From IMG/VR virus record IMGVR_UViG_3300045049_000270: a DNA stretch of 64,000 nucleotides. One strand, written 5' to 3'. The stretch's first letter is position 1; every line of letters starts with the position of its first letter. A program made the translations under genes and the position numbers. The notes below the pieces were generated by a model. The model ran no database searches and was not told the origin of the DNA. It saw nothing but the letters and a program-made list of their open reading frames with translations. Below, in pieces: positions 46,878-57,038 of this stretch. This DNA comes from a virus (Duplodnaviria > Heunggongvirae > Uroviricota > Caudoviricetes).

Positions 46878-48650
46878 ATGCCATCATTAACTGGACGTTC
46901 GACCAGTTCGGCATATCCTGAACTATTGAAAATTGATAATACTCAAGCAGGTCTCGATGGCAACTTACGAAGTATTGAGGATGGTTTAGGAAATCCGACA
47001 GGGATTCAAATTGGCACAAATATGGTGGCTATATTCGGCTATCAATTCCCAGCATCAGGTCTACAATCTGGTCAAGTGCTAAGAGTTAATTCAAACAATA
47101 ATGGTTTTGAAGGCCATTTATTAACATCAAATGACGTTTCTGGTCTTTCACTTATTGCAACTAGCGGCTCATATAACGATTTATTAAACAAACCTACTTT
47201 AGTTACCAAGACTTCACAGCTAATAAACGATCTTGGTTTCATCACTGCCACAACTGCACCAATAACATCAGTAGTTGGCAGAACTGGCGCCATTACCCTA
47301 GCAGTATCAGATGTGAGCGGAGCAGCTCCGCTCACAAACCCGAGCTTTACCGGTGTTCCTACGACACCAACCGCGGCTTTAGGAACAAACACTACCCAAA
47401 TTGCTTCAACTGCATTCGTTCAATCAGCATTACCAACAAAAGTTAGTCAACTCACAAATGATTCTGGTTTCTTGACGTCCGCGCCAGTAACGTCAGTTGC
47501 CGGCAAAACTGGGGCAATTATCCTCAGCACAACCGACATTTCAGGCATCAATGCTTATGCTCCATTAAATTCACCAGCATTCACAGGAACACCTACCGCT
47601 CCAACCCCAGCTTCCGGTGATAATGATACTGCAATCGCAACCACCGCATTTGTTAATTCCGTTCCATATCGGAAAAATAGAATAATTAATGGCAGATTTC
47701 AAATTTGGCAACGTGGTACATCATGGATTACTCCGCCTTCCGGAACATATACCGCAGATCGATGGAGAGTTGATTATACTGGCACATCAGCCGGCACATT
47801 TACGATTGGACAAGCTCTATCTAGAACTCACCCAGCAGGATTAATTGAATCAATTGGGCCATCCGGAGTTTTTTCATGGAATCAAACAACAACACCTAAC
47901 TTGACTTCTTTGATGCTGAGTACACGAATCGAAGGAGCACAAACACTTTCTGGTAATACCTGCACCCTGTCGTTTAATATCGCCCTAGGCGCAGGTTCAC
48001 AAAATCCTTTCACAATCGGCGTAAATCTAGCACAATGCTATGGCACTGGTGGATCTCCCTCACCAACAGTAACACAAACCACACATTCATTTACTGTTAA
48101 TAGTTCTACCTTCACAAGATTTTCTGCCACATTTACGCTGCCAGAAACAACAGGAACTTATGGAACAAATAATAATGATTATTTGGCAGTCCAATTCATT
48201 CTACCAACTAATCAATTATTCTCATTCTATCTGACAGAAGTACAATTAGAATACGGACCAGTCACCACTCCATATATGATTATGCCAGATGAAGCAGAGA
48301 TATATTATTGTCAACGATATTTCCAGAAAACATTTCCAACTAATATCACACCAGCATTTAATACAAACATCTTCGTAAGCCCATTAACTATTACCGATAC
48401 AAATGGTGGCGGTAATATAGAATGGATGAATTGGGATTTCAAAATCCCAATGCGATCAGCCCCAACAATTACCCTCTATTGCGTAGGAAATAGCTCCACT
48501 CCGTATTGGTCTACTATGACTGGAACTATTCTGGCTAAACCACTACAAACACCACTAGCAACAAATACAGGTATGTCAATAGCAACCGCTAACGGCTCTG
48601 CTAGTAATACCACTTACGTTATACACGCCACTTGCGATGCCGATCTATAA
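46878..48650 (+). CDS. tail fibre protein
   Basis: Fibre repeats, then KNRIING.FQIWQRG...YTADRW...VQLE.G...CQRYFQ receptor-binding-type domain. Confidence 0.88.
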   Translation: MPSLTGRSTSSAYPELLKIDNTQAGLDGNLRSIEDGLGNPTGIQIGTNMVAIFGYQFPASGLQSGQVLRVNSNNNGFEGHLLTSNDVSGLSLIATSGSYNDLLNKPTLVTKTSQLINDLGFITATTAPITSVVGRTGAITLAVSDVSGAAPLTNPSFTGVPTTPTAALGTNTTQIASTAFVQSALPTKVSQLTNDSGFLTSAPVTSVAGKTGAIILSTTDISGINAYAPLNSPAFTGTPTAPTPASGDNDTAIATTAFVNSVPYRKNRIINGRFQIWQRGTSWITPPSGTYTADRWRVDYTGTSAGTFTIGQALSRTHPAGLIESIGPSGVFSWNQTTTPNLTSLMLSTRIEGAQTLSGNTCTLSFNIALGAGSQNPFTIGVNLAQCYGTGGSPSPTVTQTTHSFTVNSSTFTRFSATFTLPETTGTYGTNNNDYLAVQFILPTNQLFSFYLTEVQLEYGPVTTPYMIMPDEAEIYYCQRYFQKTFPTNITPAFNTNIFVSPLTITDTNGGGNIEWMNWDFKIPMRSAPTITLYCVGNSSTPYWSTMTGTILAKPLQTPLATNTGMSIATANGSASNTTYVIHATCDADL

Positions 48651-48660
48651 GGTAAAAGAA

Positions 48661-49380
48661 ATGTATAGACTAACAAATGATCCAACTGTAATAGTCAACG
48701 AAGATACAGGACAGATAATCCCATTAGGCACTAGAGATTGGGATACATACCAAACATGGTTGGCAACCGGTAATACACCAGATCCAATACTGGATCTAGA
48801 AACAGCAATCACCATTCAAACTAATTATCTGTCAGTTTCTTGCGCTACCGAAATATATCTGGGCTTTAATTCCAATGCCCTAGGCGTATGGCGACATTAC
48901 CCAGCTAAAGATACAGATCAACAAAACTTGGCCGCATCAGTATTATCAGCAGTAGTAGCACAAATCTCACCAACATGGCAACCTAATACTAATTACATCT
49001 TTAATCAAGCCGTAACATATAACAATCAAACTTATGTCTGCACCCAAGCAGGAACATCAGGAACATCCATACCAGTCTGGCCAACACAATTAGGTAATAC
49101 TATCACAGATAATACCACACAATGGCAAATATGGTATACCACATTCTGGTGTACCGACGCTAATAATAATTGGGCTTATACCCCACACACAGCAGAACAA
49201 ATAAAACAAGCAGGCGTAGACGGTAAACTCCAAATCCTGGCTTGCTTACAACAAAATGCTACTCTAGCCGCCGAAGTTTCACAACAAACAACAGTTGAAG
49301 CCGTTCAAACAATTAATTGGATTTCTCCCGTTAGAGTAAATCAACCAGATGACACCGGATATAATCTACCAACCTCATAA
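48661..49380 (+). CDS. tail fibre assembly protein with carbohydrate-binding-like insertion
   Basis: DWDTYQTWLATGNTP; WQPNTNY...YVC..AGTSG...P.WP insert; HTAEQI..G. Confidence 0.7.
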   Translation: MYRLTNDPTVIVNEDTGQIIPLGTRDWDTYQTWLATGNTPDPILDLETAITIQTNYLSVSCATEIYLGFNSNALGVWRHYPAKDTDQQNLAASVLSAVVAQISPTWQPNTNYIFNQAVTYNNQTYVCTQAGTSGTSIPVWPTQLGNTITDNTTQWQIWYTTFWCTDANNNWAYTPHTAEQIKQAGVDGKLQILACLQQNATLAAEVSQQTTVEAVQTINWISPVRVNQPDDTGYNLPTS

Positions 49381-51390
49381 TTAAATTCACCATTAGAAAA
49401 ATTTAATTACCGCAAAGAAAATTCACCATAGAAGAATTTTATAAGGTCAATTAATATATCGCTGGTCTGGTATTTTTTAATGACTCTGGTGGAATAATGT
49501 CAAAAATGCTCCTATAGGCGATTATTCAATAGTCTACTTTCTAGAATTCACGATTTCGCGGCCGTCAGATTTTTGGCATTTTCCAGGAAGTCTTTCGGGC
49601 CAAAAAAAACTTAAATCCCGAAAAATGGCGTAAAGCTGGCGAAATTTTTATATCCAGATCACCAATTTCAGTGGCAATATCATTCTCGTCACACTCGCAT
49701 TCTAGATCTCATTCTGGAAAAATAATCCTCACGCGTAAGAGCCAATCCCCTTCCCCATTCTTTACTCATTCCAGAGATCATTTCCCGGGCCAATAATCGC
49801 TAAAAGGCTCACTACGCTTCTCCCAAACCCACACTCAGACTCTACAACGCTTCCCCACCAAGGCTCGTCTACAGGTTTCACTATCATTCTAGAAAAAGTT
49901 CACCCGAAATTCTTAGAAAATGCAATTCGAAAATACCAACACTCACGCGCACGAATTGAAAAGCCAGTCTGAAAGAAATTCCCATGCTCACTATAACTCA
50001 GATAATTAATTCAACTCTGAGAAAAAAACTCCATCAGATAACTGTAATCTCGATAACCACAACTCAGAGCTGAAAATCACCATTATCAAGAATACTGGCC
50101 CCACCATTCCTCAGATACAAACTCAGAACTTAATCACGATAACCATTACTTTTATACGTCACTAAATTCACCAAAATTAAATACAGACATTTTCTACTAT
50201 AACAACTCAGACTAAGAAAGCTTTAATAACGACAGTAATGAAAATCCTCTGAGACGAAAGAGGATGAATAACTGTGAATTAGAAAACTCAGAATAAAGAA
50301 ACAACTAGAGGAGGAAGAGGAACAACTCAGATGAAGACTCTGAGAAATACTCAGAGGATGATTTAGAAATGAATGTGGCACATCGTGAAATGCACATTTA
50401 GAAGCGTGAAATGAATATTCGTGATGATATTTAGTAAACGCTATTCAATGCCATGTTAACGATACCACGATGACGCGTTTTTTCGTGATATAAGGTTGAA
50501 CGAACGGTTAGAGGAACCGTAACCAAACATGAATGAAATAATGAAACACCTCTTTATCAAAAGATGAAAACTATCTTCCTCTGAGGATGGTAATAAGATG
50601 GCAAAAGAATTAATGCCGTGTGTACATCATATTAACAAAAATCATGAAAAATCACTGTTCTTTTCACGTTTTAAACCAAATGAATAACATCTTATATTTA
50701 CTCTTTCGTCAATTCTTGAACGTGGTTAATGGTCAAAGTGTTTGTCAATATATTTTAACCATATTTTGCAACTGTATCAGATTTCTTCCTCTGAGGAAAC
50801 CATCCTTCCTCCTCAGAGGAGGAAGGATGGTTGTTGATATAAGAATTTCGAGGTTTTCGGTTCAAAATAGATGTTTCTGCAAGAATCTCGGGTGGTTGGG
50901 ATGGTTTTTGGGTTTTATAGTCTGATGGGGAGATATAACCAGGTTTCTTCCTCTGAGGGAGATTGTTCTGAGGGTGGGAGGATGGTAATAGAAGTTGTTC
51001 TGAGTGGTGTCGTCTTCCTCTGATGGAAAATGAAATTTATGGTGAAGTGTGATTTGTAAGTGATTTTATGAGATTGTTAATGAAATTATGGTATTCTTAT
51101 GATGAGTAAATATTACTCCGAGGATGGTGTTGAGTTTCTTCCTCAGAGGATGGTTATTAATCAATATTTTAATTTGGTAATATGATAATGATTATAGTTT
51201 TTGACATATGGTGTTGGGTATTAGATACACCGGAATGGTAATCTGATATTCTTATTTCTAGTTCGTGGATCTCTGAGGATAGTGAACCAATATCATTCGT
51301 TTATACCATCTTAATAAAATAATTATATGAGTATTTCATTCCTGAGATATCGCCATAAATATTTTGTAGTGGTTTTCAGGAGATGAAATC
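49381..51390. other. 2-kb non-coding region with oriented repeats (candidate replication origin or genome-end region)
   Basis: Many CTCAGA/TCTGAG motifs, TCCTCWGAGGA palindromes, a 35-bp perfect palindrome at 50798-50832, and a switch from A/C-rich to G/T-rich skew. Confidence 0.6.
51333..51389 (+). promoter_or_regulatory. late promoter in an RBS-sequestering hairpin
   Basis: ATTTCAT-TCCTGA...CATAAATA...TCAGGAG-ATGAAAT. Confidence 0.75.
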
Positions 51391-51834
51391 ATGATCGAAA
51401 TTCGTTTTGTCGATGGCGATGGCCCTATTTCTAAATTCATAGAATTCTGGACCTGGGGCGATTGGTCACATGTCGACATCAAAACATCAGATGGCTGGCT
51501 TGGAGCACGAGCAAATGGTGGCGTAAAAATCCGCCCCTGGGACTACTGCTCATACGAAAAACAAGAAATCAGATCAATTACCCTCTCCCCCAACATAGAA
51601 CACAATATCATGAACTGGTATTACCAACAAATAGGTAAACCATATGATTTTATGGCAATCGCAGGAATGCCATTTAGAACAGACTGGCGAAACGATAGCT
51701 CATGGTTCTGCTCAGAACTCGCAATAGCAGGCTTCAATCAGTTCGGCATCGAACTCCTAAACGTAAATTACCTTAATCGCGTAACACCTCGTGATCTATA
51801 TCTGAGCCCATTACTTAAATTCCAACACACATAA
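51391..51834 (+). CDS. permuted papain-like NlpC/P60 amidase (YiiX/YebB-like)
   Basis: WSHV, QIGKPYD, WFCSEL, VTPRDL motifs. Confidence 0.85.
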   Translation: MIEIRFVDGDGPISKFIEFWTWGDWSHVDIKTSDGWLGARANGGVKIRPWDYCSYEKQEIRSITLSPNIEHNIMNWYYQQIGKPYDFMAIAGMPFRTDWRNDSSWFCSELAIAGFNQFGIELLNVNYLNRVTPRDLYLSPLLKFQHT

Positions 51835-51986
51835 TACCAAATTAAATCACCATAAAAGCCATCCCCATAAACATCAAATTAGGATGGCTTCCATCACGAT
51901 AGTCCCACCACAAATATCTAATCAATCAAAAGAAATATCACTAGCAAGAACTACTACCATCTTCTCGAATGGTAATCTATTCCTCA

Positions 51987-52046
51987 ACGAATAATTCATG
52001 AAGGTTGAAAACTAATACTTGATAGTTGGAAACCCAGATAGAACTC
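51987..52046. repeat. dispersed arm-hairpin-arm element, copy 3
   Basis: ACGAATAATTCATGAAGGTT-N23-AAACCCAGATAGAACTC. Confidence 0.85.
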
Positions 52047-52129
52047 ATAATTTTCCCCAATTACACAGTATCCCCATCCCCTGAGGAAGAACCATCTTCA
52101 CGAATGGTATCCAATATTGTCGTTCCTCC

Positions 52130-52207
52130 ACGAATATTCATGGGGGTTTTAAGACTATCAATTACTCATTGATAATAGGCTGTGTCTATCAAACCCAGGC
52201 AGAGGTC
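52130..52207. repeat. dispersed arm-hairpin-arm element, copy 4
   Basis: ACGAATATTCATGGGGGTT-N42-AAACCCAGGCAGAGGTC. Confidence 0.8.
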
Positions 52208-52252
52208 GTGAAATATGGCATAAATATCGGTAATCGATTTTAGGAGATTCAT

Positions 52253-52906
52253 ATGCCAACGCTTTCGGGTAAGACGCCTGCTGCTACATTTGAAACAATA
52301 CTGACAATCAACAATATTGGTGCTGGCCTTGATGGTGTCCTTCGTATTGTGGAAGATGGCAATGGCCTTCAATCTCCACTTCAACTTTCAACTAGTGCGA
52401 TAGCATTGAATGGGCAGATTTGGCCGTCTACTGGGTCGACTTCAGGCTCCTTTCTCAGAGTGAGCACCACAGCTAACACTCTTGAGTGGCATGTATTAAG
52501 TGCAACGGATATTTCAAACATCCTCGGATATACTCCAGCCAATTCAAATAGTGGTTCGTTCTCAAGCCCACTGGCGATTAAGGCGGTTACTATTGATACT
52601 CAGCAAACTGTAGTGACAACCAACACAGCTACTCCTGTATACACCTTTCAGACAACGACTGGTGGAACTGTGAAGTTTGTATGCCAGGTACATGATACTA
52701 ATTCAAATGCATACCAATCTGAGGAAATTTTGGCTGTTACTGATGGTTCGGTAGTTGATATTACTGGATTTGGTCAGGTAGTGACCCAAGGTCAGATTGG
52801 TGTTTTCGATGCGCTGATGTCTGGTTCAAATGTAGTTTTGACCTTCCAAGCAGCCAATGCATCCACAGTCAATGTAACTGTGGTAGCCAACTTCGTTACC
52901 ACTTAA
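52253..52906 (+). CDS. virion structural protein
   Basis: N-terminal module shared with 39664/46053/46878; C-terminal beta domain shared with 52916. Confidence 0.8.
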   Translation: MPTLSGKTPAATFETILTINNIGAGLDGVLRIVEDGNGLQSPLQLSTSAIALNGQIWPSTGSTSGSFLRVSTTANTLEWHVLSATDISNILGYTPANSNSGSFSSPLAIKAVTIDTQQTVVTTNTATPVYTFQTTTGGTVKFVCQVHDTNSNAYQSEEILAVTDGSVVDITGFGQVVTQGQIGVFDALMSGSNVVLTFQAANASTVNVTVVANFVTT

Positions 52907-52915
52907 AGGGTTTAT

Positions 52916-54535
52916 ATGACAACAAGTACAAAAGATTTTGTAGTTTTGAATGGCTTGCAGATTGGCGGCTATATCACTTCTGTTGGTGGTTCAACTCCAA
53001 CTAATGGTCAACTGTTAATTGGTGATACCACAAATAATAGATTTTCTGTTGGATCGTTGACTGCCACTAACGGACTATCAATCACACCTAGTGCTGGATC
53101 ATTAGCGCTTACATCAAATGCAACTGATGCCAATGTTGCATCGACAATTGTTTCACGTGATGCATCGGGTAATTTTACTGCTGGTACTATCACTGCTGCT
53201 CTTGCTGGTAATGCGGCAACATCAACAAAGCTCCAGACTGCACGTACTATTAATGGAGTATCTTTTGATGGTTCAACCAACATCAGCTTTACTACTGATT
53301 CGGTAGCTGAAGGCACAACTAACTTATATTTCACGACAGCTCGCGCATCTGCTGCGGCACCCGTTCAGTCGGTCTTTGGTCGTGCTGGTAATGTTGTTCT
53401 GGCGTCATCAGACGTCACTGGTGCGCTTGGCTACACTCCAATCAACCCCAACGTCATCGGAGCAGCCAACGGCCTAGCGACGCTAGATTCAAGCGGGCAT
53501 GTGCCTATGGCTCAGATGCCACCGGCAGTAGTTGGTGGATTGAATTACCAGGGCACTTGGAATGCATCAACAAATACACCAACTTTGACATCAGGAACTG
53601 GAACAAAAGGTTGGATGTATAAAGTTTCTGTGGCTGGTACTACCAATATTGATGGTAATTCACAATGGAATGTCGGTGATATTATTGCTTTTAATGGTAC
53701 CACCTGGGATAAGATCGATGGTATTTCTTCAGAGGTGACATCAGTATTTGGTCGCACCGGCGACGTTTCATTGCTTACATCAGATATTATCTCTGCATGG
53801 GGCACGCAACCCGCCAATTCATTCCTAGCATCACCGTCAACCGGTAGTGGTTCTATTAATTTTCGTACGATCTCGCCTTCTGATCTTCCATTAGCTACCA
53901 CTTCTGCCGTTGGTGCTGTTTCAATTAGTACAGGTTTAACCGTAACTTCTGGTGTATTGACCGCAAATGTGGTTACGGTCGCCGGTAGAATAGGTAATGT
54001 TGTTCTTTCAGTCACCGATGTATCAGGTGCAGCTCCTCTAGCCAGTCCAGCCCTGACCGGTACCCCAACTGCACCAACACCTGTTGCTACTGACAATTCT
54101 ACAACTTTGGCAACAACCGCATATGTCAATACTGCTTTGACTAATGCTGGTGTCACACCAGGTGGTGGTAATGCCAGTTTTGCTAATGGTACTTTCAGTG
54201 GTTCAGTAAAGATCAAACAAAGTACATATGATACTCAACAGACATCAACATCATCCACGAGTGCATATACGATTTACTCAGTTGCTGTAACAGGTGCAAG
54301 CACTCTGAAATTTGTAGCCCAAGTAGTTGATGCATCAAATAATATCAATTCGGCCGAATTCCTCGTTATTACTGATGCGACTAATATTTGGATGACCACG
54401 TATGCCATGGTTAATTCAAATGGTAGCTTGGGAACATTCTCAGCTCAGATTTTAACAGGTACATTGCAATTGCAATTTACGCCAGCATCTACGACTGCCA
54501 TGACAGTTAAGGTTATGGCATCAATGTTGGTATAA
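52916..54535 (+). CDS. fibre protein
   Basis: KLQTARTINGVSFDGS, YQGTWNASTNTP and fibre repeats. Confidence 0.85.
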   Translation: MTTSTKDFVVLNGLQIGGYITSVGGSTPTNGQLLIGDTTNNRFSVGSLTATNGLSITPSAGSLALTSNATDANVASTIVSRDASGNFTAGTITAALAGNAATSTKLQTARTINGVSFDGSTNISFTTDSVAEGTTNLYFTTARASAAAPVQSVFGRAGNVVLASSDVTGALGYTPINPNVIGAANGLATLDSSGHVPMAQMPPAVVGGLNYQGTWNASTNTPTLTSGTGTKGWMYKVSVAGTTNIDGNSQWNVGDIIAFNGTTWDKIDGISSEVTSVFGRTGDVSLLTSDIISAWGTQPANSFLASPSTGSGSINFRTISPSDLPLATTSAVGAVSISTGLTVTSGVLTANVVTVAGRIGNVVLSVTDVSGAAPLASPALTGTPTAPTPVATDNSTTLATTAYVNTALTNAGVTPGGGNASFANGTFSGSVKIKQSTYDTQQTSTSSTSAYTIYSVAVTGASTLKFVAQVVDASNNINSAEFLVITDATNIWMTTYAMVNSNGSLGTFSAQILTGTLQLQFTPASTTAMTVKVMASMLV

Positions 54536-54565
54536 GAAAGAGCGAGCTTTAAGCTCGCTCTTTCT
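54535..54565. terminator. intrinsic terminator
   Basis: AGAAAGAGCGAGCTT-T-AAGCTCGCTCTTTCT. Confidence 0.8.
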
Positions 54566-54639
54566 ATGACTTTTATATCATTAAAGTATCAGTAAATAAA
54601 TAACTGACATTTATTACATTTGATGGAAAGGGAAATCAA

Positions 54640-55293
54640 ATGACACTCGTCAATAAAGACTTCGTTGTAAACAATGGACTACAGATTACTGGCTATCTAA
54701 CCTCTGTTGGTGGAGCTTCTCCGCTGAATGGTCAATTACTAATTGGTGATCTCACAAACAATCGTTGGTCAGTAGGTTCTCTCACTCCCACAAATGGAGC
54801 AACAGTAGCAGTGGGTGCTGGTACAATTACTATTGGTACCAATGCAACTAATGCAAATACTGCATCCACCATAGTAGCCAGAGATTCATCTGGTAATTTT
54901 TCAGCTGGTACTATTTCTGCGAATTTTAGTGGTGGTACCGTTTCCGGTACCACAGCATCTTTCACTAGTAATGTTAGTGTTGGCGGTAATTTCACGAGAT
55001 CAGTTACTAATGCCGTTGCCGCAGCTGGTACAACGCAAGCAACGGCAACGGCATTAGTTACCGATATTAATTACATCACATCTGGTACTGGTGGCGTTAT
55101 TTTACCAGCTATTAATGGTGCTACATTTTTCATTGTCAACAATAGTGGTGCCGCTATTAATGTTTACCCACCAGTAGGTGACACAATTAATTTCTTAGCC
55201 GTAAATACGGCTTTATCTATGGCTAACCAATCATCGTTACTTTGTGTTTGCATTAATACGACTTGGTTCACGGTAAATGCAACATACGCATAA
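54640..55293 (+). CDS. virion structural protein
   Basis: First ~95 aa paralogous to 52916. Confidence 0.8.
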   Translation: MTLVNKDFVVNNGLQITGYLTSVGGASPLNGQLLIGDLTNNRWSVGSLTPTNGATVAVGAGTITIGTNATNANTASTIVARDSSGNFSAGTISANFSGGTVSGTTASFTSNVSVGGNFTRSVTNAVAAAGTTQATATALVTDINYITSGTGGVILPAINGATFFIVNNSGAAINVYPPVGDTINFLAVNTALSMANQSSLLCVCINTTWFTVNATYA

Positions 55294-55307
55294 TAGTAGG
55301 ATTTAGA

Positions 55308-56954
55308 ATGAGTTCAGTTAAGTATTCTTTGGTTCCTGGTCAAGTACCAGCACCTAGCCAAATGCAAGATAACGATATTGCCATCAATAATGCTGATGGT
55401 GCGTTGTATATCGTCAAAGTCAATGGTAGCTCCCGTCAGGTTATTCCGATTGGCGGAGTATCATCTTTTAATAATCGTGTTGGTATCATAACACTAACAT
55501 CTAACGATGTATCTGGTGCTTTAGGTTATGTGCCAGTCGGTTCAGCTTCACCTGCATTTACTGGTACACCAACCGCACCTACTGCAACGGCAGGTTCCAA
55601 TTCAGCACAAATTGCAACCACTGCATTTGTTGCAAATGCGTTAGCCAACTTTACGGTTCCACCACCACAAGTATCTTTAGCTTCTTTAACTGATGTTTCG
55701 GTAACTGAGGGTGCAGGAATTGATGGATATGTTCTAAGTTACAGTGCTGGTCAAATAAAATGGATTGCAAAACACTTGGCTACGGTGGCAACATCTGGTT
55801 CATATACTGATTTGACAAATACTCCGGTACTTGCCGCGGTGGCAACATCTGGATCATATGCTGACTTAACGAATAAACCAGCACCATATACGTTGCCGGT
55901 CGCAACCACCAGTGTGCTTGGTGGTGTTAAGGCAGGTACGGGTGTCACGATTGCTTCGGACGGCACATTGACTGTTAGCGCTTCCTATACACTAGCTGGA
56001 TTAGCTGATGTTTCAGTGACCGAAGGTCCAGCCATTAATAATGACGCCTTAACATTTAATTCATCTACTAGTAAATGGCAAGCTACTGGTTTAGCTACGG
56101 TGGCGTTTTCTGGTAAATATTCTGATCTAATTAATGCGCCAGTATCAACTGTAACATCTTTCAATAATAGAACAGGGACAGTTTCACTTACCGCTACTGA
56201 TGTAACCAATGTTGGAGGAGCATTGCTTGCGTCCCCAGCATTTTCTGGCATACCGACCGCTCCTACAGCCACTGCCGGAACAAGCACCACACAACTCGCA
56301 ACCACTGCATTCGTGGCAAATGCAATTACAGCATCCGGTGGAGTAACATCATTCAACACTAGGACTGGTGCAGTCACATTGACTACGACAGATGTCACAA
56401 ATGCATTAGGTTATACGCCGGCGACTAAGACGTCACAGTTGACAAACGATAGTGGTTTCATCACTAGTTCGGCATTGACTGGGTATGCACCATTAGCATC
56501 ACCTGGCTTCACTGGAGCTCCTACGGCACCAACAGCGACAGCTGGTACGAATACGACGCAACTCGCAACAACTGCTTTTGTAACAACTGCTGTGAGTGGT
56601 GTTGCTGGTGGCGCCGCCGTGATTTCTAATACATATACTATTAATAGCAATACTAGTTTCTCAGTTCCAGCACCTTTCGTGGTTAGTTGGCTTGTTATTC
56701 AAAATCATAATTCAACAGCTTCTGCCACCGTGACTGTTGGCAAAACTAATGGCGGCTCGGAATATTATTCAGTTGGTTCAATTCCTGCACAAAGTTCCGC
56801 TATCATTCCAGCGGAAAAAATGGCTTCAATTATTGGAAATGTTGATTCCGCAACATCACAGTCATTCTTTGTCAATCAGTCAAGTTGGTCTAATGTTTTG
56901 ATTGTGACTTATGTCACACAGCGACTACTTTTAGCATCATACTTTGGTCAATAA
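55308..56954 (+). CDS. fibre protein
   Basis: Start MSSVKY at 55308; IAINNADG.LY N-terminal anchor; fibre repeats. Confidence 0.85.
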   Translation: MSSVKYSLVPGQVPAPSQMQDNDIAINNADGALYIVKVNGSSRQVIPIGGVSSFNNRVGIITLTSNDVSGALGYVPVGSASPAFTGTPTAPTATAGSNSAQIATTAFVANALANFTVPPPQVSLASLTDVSVTEGAGIDGYVLSYSAGQIKWIAKHLATVATSGSYTDLTNTPVLAAVATSGSYADLTNKPAPYTLPVATTSVLGGVKAGTGVTIASDGTLTVSASYTLAGLADVSVTEGPAINNDALTFNSSTSKWQATGLATVAFSGKYSDLINAPVSTVTSFNNRTGTVSLTATDVTNVGGALLASPAFSGIPTAPTATAGTSTTQLATTAFVANAITASGGVTSFNTRTGAVTLTTTDVTNALGYTPATKTSQLTNDSGFITSSALTGYAPLASPGFTGAPTAPTATAGTNTTQLATTAFVTTAVSGVAGGAAVISNTYTINSNTSFSVPAPFVVSWLVIQNHNSTASATVTVGKTNGGSEYYSVGSIPAQSSAIIPAEKMASIIGNVDSATSQSFFVNQSSWSNVLIVTYVTQRLLLASYFGQ

Positions 56955-56960
56955 TCAATA

Positions 56961-57037
56961 ATTGATTTCGTAACTTTTTGTAAGTTAAAGTGTAAGGTCC
57001 CGATATAAATATCGGGACCTTATTCTTAGGAGTCAAT
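56961..57037 (+). promoter_or_regulatory. late promoter at the apex of a perfect palindrome; RBS paired upstream
   Basis: TAAGGTCCCGATAT-AA-ATATCGGGACCTTA (56993-57022); ATTGATTTC pairs with GGAGTCAAT. Confidence 0.75.
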
Positions 57038-57038
57038 C

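Noticed and set aside
50620-50925. 101-aa ORF in the non-coding island
   Set aside because: Runs through palindromic repeats, has no RBS, and its composition is not protein-like
51950-52210. CRISPR mini-array
   Set aside because: Only two tandem units, the repeat is split into two arms around self-complementary middles, and there are no cas genes in the window
35101-56650. Many minus-strand ORFs within the fibre genes
   Set aside because: Shadow frames of Thr/Ala/Gly-rich repeats with no RBS or recognisable domains
34596-56954. Diversity-generating retroelement (TR/VR pair)
   Set aside because: Repeated segments differ mostly at synonymous positions rather than only at adenines, and no reverse transcriptase is present
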